A stretch of 64,000 nucleotides of DNA from Candidatus Nomurabacteria bacterium. Lineage in GTDB: Bacteria; Patescibacteriota; Minisyncoccia; Phycocordibacterales; UBA9973. Shown here piece after piece: positions 59,641 through 64,000 of this stretch. The first letter of the stretch is position 1. Each line of letters begins with the position of its first letter. Where the stretch lies: contig CALRAL010000001.1 of assembly GCA_943350875.1 (NCBI GenBank), forward strand, positions 165,017 to 229,016, read 5' to 3'. The notes under the pieces were generated by a model, which was not told the DNA's origin, made no database searches, and saw only the letters and a program-made list of their open reading frames with translations. Made by a program: the position numbers and the translations under genes.

Positions 59641-59738
59641 TTTTTTTATTATTTTTTATATTTTTTATATTTTTTATATTTTTTATATTTTTTATATTTT
59701 TTATATTTTTTATATTTTTTATATTTTTTATATTTTTT
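59641..59738. repeat. Tandem array of about 10 copies of the 9-mer TTTTTTATA between rsmH and ftsL
   Basis: Direct reading: ttttttata repeated head-to-tail from about 59652 to 59732 with degenerate flanking copies. Confidence 0.85.
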
Positions 59739-60654
59739 CCAAAACTCTTAATTTTGCACTTCGAGATCTTGGATTTTCTTTTATTTCTTTTTCGCTTGCT
59801 GTGATTATTCTTTTATTAATTAATTTTGCTTTGCCTTCTTTTTCTTTATTTTTATAAAATTTCTTTACTATCCTATCTTCTAAACTATGAAATGAAATAA
59901 CTGACATCCTGCCCCCACTTTTTAAAATTTCAAATCCACCTTTTAAACCTTCTTCCAATACTCTCAATTCATCATTTACTGCTATGCGTATCGCTTGGAA
60001 AGTCCTCGTCGCAAAGTGTAGTCTGCCTCTCCTGTACACTGCTGGGACCGAATCACTGATAATTTTTACTAAATCAAATGTAGTCTTTATCTCTGTCTTT
60101 GATCTAGCCTCCACTATCCCCTTTGCTATCCTTCTAGCAAACTTTTCCTCTCCATAGCCGTAAATGATATCTGCTAAGCTTTCTTCGCTCCAACTGTTTA
60201 CTACGTCATATGCTGTCACTTCATCTGAAAGCGGATTTTCTTTCTCTGAATCTTTACCTGAATTTTGCATTTGCATGAGCAATGGCTCATCTTTCATGAA
60301 AGAAAATCCGCGCCCAGAATTCTCTAATTGATCACTACTCAAACCTAAATCGAAAATGATTCCACTTATGTCTCCGAGGGCGAAGGCGCCGAAATCTTTT
60401 AAATTTTTCAGGTGCCTAAAGTTGATATTAATAAAAGTGATATTACAATCAAGACCTTTAAATTTACTTTTCGCTTTCTCAAATGCGCTAGCATCTTGAT
60501 CAATGGCAATTATCTTTACTTTTGGAAATCTTTTACAAATCTCCAAACTGTGCCCTCCTCCACCAAATGTGGCATCCACTACCACACTGTTTGATTTCAA
60601 GTTCAACCCCTCTATTGTTTCATTTAAAAGAACTGTCTTGTGAATACTTTCCAT
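59728..60654 (-). CDS. rsmH: 16S rRNA (cytosine1402-N4)-methyltransferase RsmH/MraW (carries a partial Family-2 element in-frame)
   Basis: SAM site VVDATFGGGGHS; dcw position after mraZ. Confidence 0.85.
   Translation of the reverse strand: MESIHKTVLLNETIEGLNLKSNSVVVDATFGGGGHSLEICKRFPKVKIIAIDQDASAFEKAKSKFKGLDCNITFININFRHLKNLKDFGAFALGDISGIIFDLGLSSDQLENSGRGFSFMKDEPLLMQMQNSGKDSEKENPLSDEVTAYDVVNSWSEESLADIIYGYGEEKFARRIAKGIVEARSKTEIKTTFDLVKIISDSVPAVYRRGRLHFATRTFQAIRIAVNDELRVLEEGLKGGFEILKSGGRMSVISFHSLEDRIVKKFYKNKEKEGKAKLINKRIITASEKEIKENPRSRSAKLRVLEKI
60368..60412. repeat. Half-copy of the Family-2 element (TGTCTCCGAGGGCGAAGGCGCCGAAATCTTTTAAATTTTTCAGG) inside rsmH (FGAFALGDISG)
   Basis: Matches the 3' half of 6678 and 41129. 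Confidence 0.55.
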
Positions 60655-60712
60655 AATCTTAAAAAAAATCTTCTCCTCCCTTTAAGCTTAAAAAAATTCG
60701 TACCCTAGAAAA

Positions 60713-61165
60713 CTACATTTTTAAATTTTTCTCGTTACTGAGTTTTTCTGCCAACTCATCCGCTTGCTTCTCTACTGTGTCCTTGTAAACCGACCATGTC
60801 TTGTCATTCCATATTTCTACTCTGTCCTCCACCCCCACTATCGCCACTTTCTCTCCTAGCTTTATCCTCTCCTTCAGAAAATCTGGAATCAGAATCCTCC
60901 CGATAGAATCCACCTCCACTTCTGCCGCTCGTCCAAACATAAATCTGTTAAAACTTCTCTTATCGGCTTTTAAAAATGAAAGATCTGAATCTGTATCGGA
61001 AAGTCTTTTGGAAACTTTCACCCATTCTTTCGCAGTAAAGATAAATAAACATTGATCGAGCCCCGGTGTGATGATTATTTTCTTGCCCATTTCCTTACGG
61101 AATTTGAATGGCAAAGAAATCCTATTCTTATCATCTATTGTGTGTATGTATTCGCCGATCAACAT
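60713..61165 (-). CDS. mraZ: Transcriptional regulator MraZ
   Basis: MLIGEYIHTIDDKNRISLPFKFRK...; duplicated MraZ fold; first gene of the dcw cluster. Confidence 0.85.
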   Translation of the reverse strand: MLIGEYIHTIDDKNRISLPFKFRKEMGKKIIITPGLDQCLFIFTAKEWVKVSKRLSDTDSDLSFLKADKRSFNRFMFGRAAEVEVDSIGRILIPDFLKERIKLGEKVAIVGVEDRVEIWNDKTWSVYKDTVEKQADELAEKLSNEKNLKM

Positions 61166-61263
61166 AAATTTTCTTTATTTCCAAATTTCCCACTTCTTCC
61201 CACCTGATATACATTATAAACCACATAAGAAAATACCACCAAGCCCTAACTGTGGATAACTAA

Positions 61264-61287
61264 AAAGCCCCCATTTAAGGGCTTTTT
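61264..61287. terminator. Bidirectional terminator hairpin AAAGCCC-CCATTTAA-GGGCTTT
   Basis: GC stem with A/T runs on both sides. Confidence 0.5.
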
Positions 61288-61291
61288 AGTT

Positions 61292-61312
61292 CCGCTAGGT
61301 CTTTCCTAGCGG
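61292..61312. repeat. REP CCGCTAGGTCTTTCCTAGCGG
   Basis: Perfect 8-bp stem palindrome; identical copies at 62189 and 63503, inverted copy at 62891. Confidence 0.8.
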
Positions 61313-61474
61313 AAAATATAATTTTTATTTAACTTTTTACTCTGGCAAAGCTGGAGGAACTAATCCTTGATCATCCCCATTCTTTGCTGAGTTTCCTTTT
61401 TGTATTAAGAAGTAACCTACAATTAACAAAGTGACTACTATAACGATATAAATAATTTTTTTCATAAAAATAAA

Positions 61475-62122
61475 TTAATTAAATACTGGTAATGGTGGTG
61501 GTAATGATCCTCCTTTTTCTCCAAACTTACATTCTTTTTCTACATTGATTGCAAATCCAAGACCAATTTGTTTTAGACCTTTGACTGATTCAAAAGTATA
61601 TCCTTTTAAATTAACCCATCTCTCACTGCCTTCTGAATTATATGCAAAAGCTTTTTTTACAATACAATCACCAGTCACATCATCAAAATTCTTGCCAACC
61701 ATTTCTGGAGTGATAAATTTTAAATTCCAACCTGCAAAAAGACGATGTGTTTGCCCGTAATCAACTTTAAATGTTATATCCTGTTCGGATGGATAATAAT
61801 ACCAATAAGTACCTACTATGCGTCCTTCGGTTTTATCTATATCAATCCCTCTGTCTTTAAAATCTTTTTGAATTTGTGACTTTTCTGTCTCAGTAGGACG
61901 TGGTTTTATAGGAAAATATCTATTTAAAATTGGAAGATACGCAAAAACAGAAGTAGCAGGAGGCATTAAAGTAGTGTTAAAATCACTACCTTCACCCAAA
62001 AGATACCAACCTTTAAAAACATGGATAGTCTGACTATATGCAGGTCTATCTGCAAAAACTTTAGAACCAAACATTATTGTTAAAATAAACACAATTAAAC
62101 AAATTGCTATTTTTTTGTTCAT
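61475..62122 (-). CDS. Hypothetical secreted protein (215 aa)
   Basis: Signal peptide MNKKIAICLIVFILTIMFGSKVFA; a 42-aa signal-peptide ORF lies downstream at about 61340-61468. Confidence 0.5.
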   Translation of the reverse strand: MNKKIAICLIVFILTIMFGSKVFADRPAYSQTIHVFKGWYLLGEGSDFNTTLMPPATSVFAYLPILNRYFPIKPRPTETEKSQIQKDFKDRGIDIDKTEGRIVGTYWYYYPSEQDITFKVDYGQTHRLFAGWNLKFITPEMVGKNFDDVTGDCIVKKAFAYNSEGSERWVNLKGYTFESVKGLKQIGLGFAINVEKECKFGEKGGSLPPPLPVFN

Positions 62123-62128
62123 ACGGTA

Positions 62129-62158
62129 ATGCTACCCCCCCCCAACAGGTTTTGTCAA
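62129..62158 (-). promoter_or_regulatory. Putative promoter TTGACA - 18-nt spacer containing G9 (C9 on the + strand, 62135-62143) - TAGCAT, immediately upstream of the secreted-protein gene
   Basis: Read on the minus strand: TTGACAaaacctgttgggggggggTAGCATtaccgtATG. Confidence 0.4.
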
Positions 62159-62188
62159 AAAATAATGTTAATAACAATTTCCACTATT

Positions 62189-62210
62189 CCCGCTAGGTCT
62201 TTCCTAGCGG
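62189..62210. repeat. REP CCCGCTAGGTCTTTCCTAGCGG, immediately 3' of the RAYT gene
   Basis: Identical to 61292 and 63503. Confidence 0.8.
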
Positions 62211-62214
62211 AGAA

Positions 62215-62871
62215 CTAGCGGAGGAAATTAATCCACTCTAAAATTTCCTTTTGGAAAGTTTTTTTAGCAGGAAAATAATCAGGAAATGGTTTTAGATCCA
62301 GGATATTTTTCTCTTTACGTTCTACTCTTAAATAATCCAAATAACTTGAATATTGATATTCTTCTAAAAATTTTAAAACCCTAGATTTATTCTGTATCCC
62401 CATTTCTTTCCATTTTGGCTCAACTAATTTTACAGGATTTAAATGTATATAAGAAAAAAGATATTTGAGATATCGATCTGTATCAATATGTTCAGCTTTA
62501 AATTTACCTTCAAATAAACTACCTGAACGTTTATATTTTTTATTAAAATACATTACATATGCAGTAACTAATTTTTGCATAAATTTACTAATATTCCCCT
62601 CATCAGTATCTGTAATTAAAATATGAAAATGATTTGGCATTAAACAATATGCCCCAATGTTGACAATTTGATCACCACGAGAAGACTCAAATAAACTTTG
62701 ATTTTTATTTAAATTATCTATTTTAAAATCTCTAGAAGAATTACAGGCAAAAAGTAACCCTATAAACCTACCATAATCAGATTTATCTTTAAAAATGAGT
62801 TGTTTGCTATTACCGCGATTATATATGTGATAATACTCACCTTTTACAAAATTAACTTTCCTTAAGGACAT
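62215..62871 (-). CDS. rayT: REP-associated tyrosine transposase (RAYT; IS200/IS605-like Y1 HUH transposase)
   Basis: HUH motif YCLMPNHFHILI and catalytic Tyr motif YIHLNPVK; aligns with E. coli RAYT (VVLPEHMHCIW ... YIYINPVKHG); flanked by REPs. Confidence 0.8.
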   Translation of the reverse strand: MSLRKVNFVKGEYYHIYNRGNSKQLIFKDKSDYGRFIGLLFACNSSRDFKIDNLNKNQSLFESSRGDQIVNIGAYCLMPNHFHILITDTDEGNISKFMQKLVTAYVMYFNKKYKRSGSLFEGKFKAEHIDTDRYLKYLFSYIHLNPVKLVEPKWKEMGIQNKSRVLKFLEEYQYSSYLDYLRVERKEKNILDLKPFPDYFPAKKTFQKEILEWINFLR

Positions 62872-62890
62872 AATTTTAATTATATCACCT

Positions 62891-62911
62891 CCGCTAGGAA
62901 AGACCTAGCGG
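62891..62911. repeat. REP (inverted copy) CCGCTAGGAAAGACCTAGCGG, immediately 5' of the RAYT gene
   Basis: Reverse-complement loop (AAAGA vs TCTTT) relative to the other copies. Confidence 0.8.
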
Positions 62912-62996
62912 TAGAAATACCACCAAGCCCTAGCTGTGGATAACTTTGCTCGGTTAATTACTATGGTTTTAAATAAGATTTTGGTATATTTACACT

Positions 62997-63476
62997 ATGC
63001 CTAGCGAGAGAATAGACACATCAAAAATGGGATTAGCTTCTGACCCTTTGGCTCAAATTAAAAATTGGGAATTAATGGCTAACGATATAGAAAAGTATCA
63101 AAAGATGAAGGAACTGATTATCGAATCTTTTAAATCGATCCTTGATTTGATGCCGCCTCAAGTCAAGATTACTGTCCAAGACAAAATCAACAACTTGAAT
63201 AATACAGATGCCATTTATGAGTATGAAGAATTAATAGGTTTTATTAAATTAGCAAAAATCCACTCTGAAAGTCTACTAAGTAGTCTAGATGATAAAGATA
63301 TACCTGACTATGCTGCCCCTTATAAAGCCGTAAGTTACTTAAATACAGTAATTAGTTTAACTATAGAAAATGACTCAGAAAATAACCTTAATCAAATGGG
63401 TGTTGCCTTTGTTGGGCGATTACATGCTTCAAGAGATCAAATAGAGAAGATCGATTGGGCTGAAGGTTGGAAATAA
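62997..63476 (+). CDS. Hypothetical protein (159 aa) bracketed by REPs
   Basis: Clean ORF; no recognisable motif. Confidence 0.4.
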   Translation: MPSERIDTSKMGLASDPLAQIKNWELMANDIEKYQKMKELIIESFKSILDLMPPQVKITVQDKINNLNNTDAIYEYEELIGFIKLAKIHSESLLSSLDDKDIPDYAAPYKAVSYLNTVISLTIENDSENNLNQMGVAFVGRLHASRDQIEKIDWAEGWK

Positions 63477-63502
63477 GTTTTATTTAGAAGATAAAATCTG
63501 TA

Positions 63503-63523
63503 CCGCTAGGTCTTTCCTAGCGG
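63503..63523. repeat. REP CCGCTAGGTCTTTCCTAGCGG overlapping the lysS stop codon
   Basis: Identical to 61292. Confidence 0.8.
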
Positions 63524-64000
63524 AGGGGTTTCATCGTAGGAAAAAAGACGACTTCTTTAATGTTTTGAGTATCAGTGAGAAACATCACGAGGCGGTCGAT
63601 GCCGATACCGACACCTCCCGCAGGAGGCATACCGTATTCCATAGCTTCGATGAAGTCTTCATCTTTACATTGAGCATCTGCTTCCCCTGCTTTCTTATTT
63701 TTCTCTTGTTCTTCAAATCGAGCATTCTGATCGATAGGGTCATTCAACTCTGAAAAGGCTTTCACGAGTTCTATTCCTCCGATGACGAGCTGAAATGCTT
63801 CCACGAATTTAGGATTATTTTTATTCTTCTTTGCCAGTGGCAAATACTCTCTAGGATAATCAATAATGAATGTTGGATTTACTAATTTCGGACGGCACAT
63901 TTTTTTATAAATTCCATCTAAGAGTTTCGCAATAGAGTCCCCTTTGCTTACTACAACTCCGCATTTCTCTGCTTCTTTTTCTAAATCTTTTATATCTATG
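63517..64000 (-). CDS. lysS: Lysyl-tRNA synthetase, C-terminal part (gene continues beyond the window)
   Basis: Class II motif 3 GMPPAGGVGIGIDRLVMFLT and ELVKAFSELNDPIDQ..RF. Confidence 0.8.
   Translation of the reverse strand, partial: IDIKDLEKEAEKCGVVVSKGDSIAKLLDGIYKKMCRPKLVNPTFIIDYPREYLPLAKKNKNNPKFVEAFQLVIGGIELVKAFSELNDPIDQNARFEEQEKNKKAGEADAQCKDEDFIEAMEYGMPPAGGVGIGIDRLVMFLTDTQNIKEVVFFPTMKPLR

Larger units (their letters stand above)
62189..62911 (-). mobile_element. REP-RAYT-REP unit
   Basis: RAYT CDS bounded by inverted REP copies at 62189-62210 and 62891-62911. Confidence 0.7.

Noticed and set aside
59641-59738. Possible CRISPR array (regular short repeats)
   Set aside because: The 9-nt unit repeats head-to-tail with no intervening unique spacers. 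It is a simple tandem repeat, not CRISPR. No cas genes are present in the window.

Overview
This is a low-GC window with small genes and tight operons, consistent with a reduced, Patescibacteria/CPR-like bacterial genome; that lineage assignment is my inference. Strand blocks are minus 1-10.0 kb, plus 10.1-18.6 kb, minus 18.5-48.8 kb, plus 48.9-51.6 kb and minus 51.7-64 kb. Genes I can recognise: rplI, an S41 C-terminal peptidase, two class-B PBPs (one in a dcw cluster mraZ-rsmH-ftsL-ftsI-murF), dnaX, a holB-like clamp-loader subunit, a Dus enzyme, serS, dprA, topA, a Rel/SpoT enzyme, an orphan parB, murA, miaA, alr, ddl, rseP, frr, mreB, rsmI, a complete F1Fo ATP synthase operon (atpZ-like, B, E, F, H, A, G, D, C), an RRM protein, an MsbA-like ABC exporter, prfA, rpmE, rpmG, rplY, an FAD-linked oxidase, a SET-domain protein, fba, gatB, a HicAB toxin-antitoxin pair, obg, rmuC, a GH130/cupin/HAD sugar cluster and a lysS fragment. 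I parsed by eye six tRNAs (Gln-TTG, Leu-CAA, Trp-CCA, Ile-GAT, Glu-CTC, plus a 3' tRNA-like fragment). The most striking feature is several families of GC-rich palindromic or TIR-bearing miniature repeats. One family (CCGCTAGGTCTTTCCTAGCGG) flanks a REP-associated tyrosine transposase (RAYT, IS200-like Y1), giving a classic REP-RAYT-REP unit at 62.19-62.91 kb. The other families are repeatedly inserted in-frame inside essential genes (ctp, atpB, atpZ, dus, rsmH, holB-like, murF, topA, gatB, rsmI, FAD oxidase), which resembles Rickettsia palindromic elements, and also sit at gene boundaries of the atp operon. Also notable are a C9 tract inside a promoter spacer of a secreted-protein gene, an (TTTTTTATA)n tandem array in the dcw cluster, and a perfect sigma70-consensus promoter driving an unknown gene. 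All calls are from reading the sequence and six-frame translations; no database searches were run.
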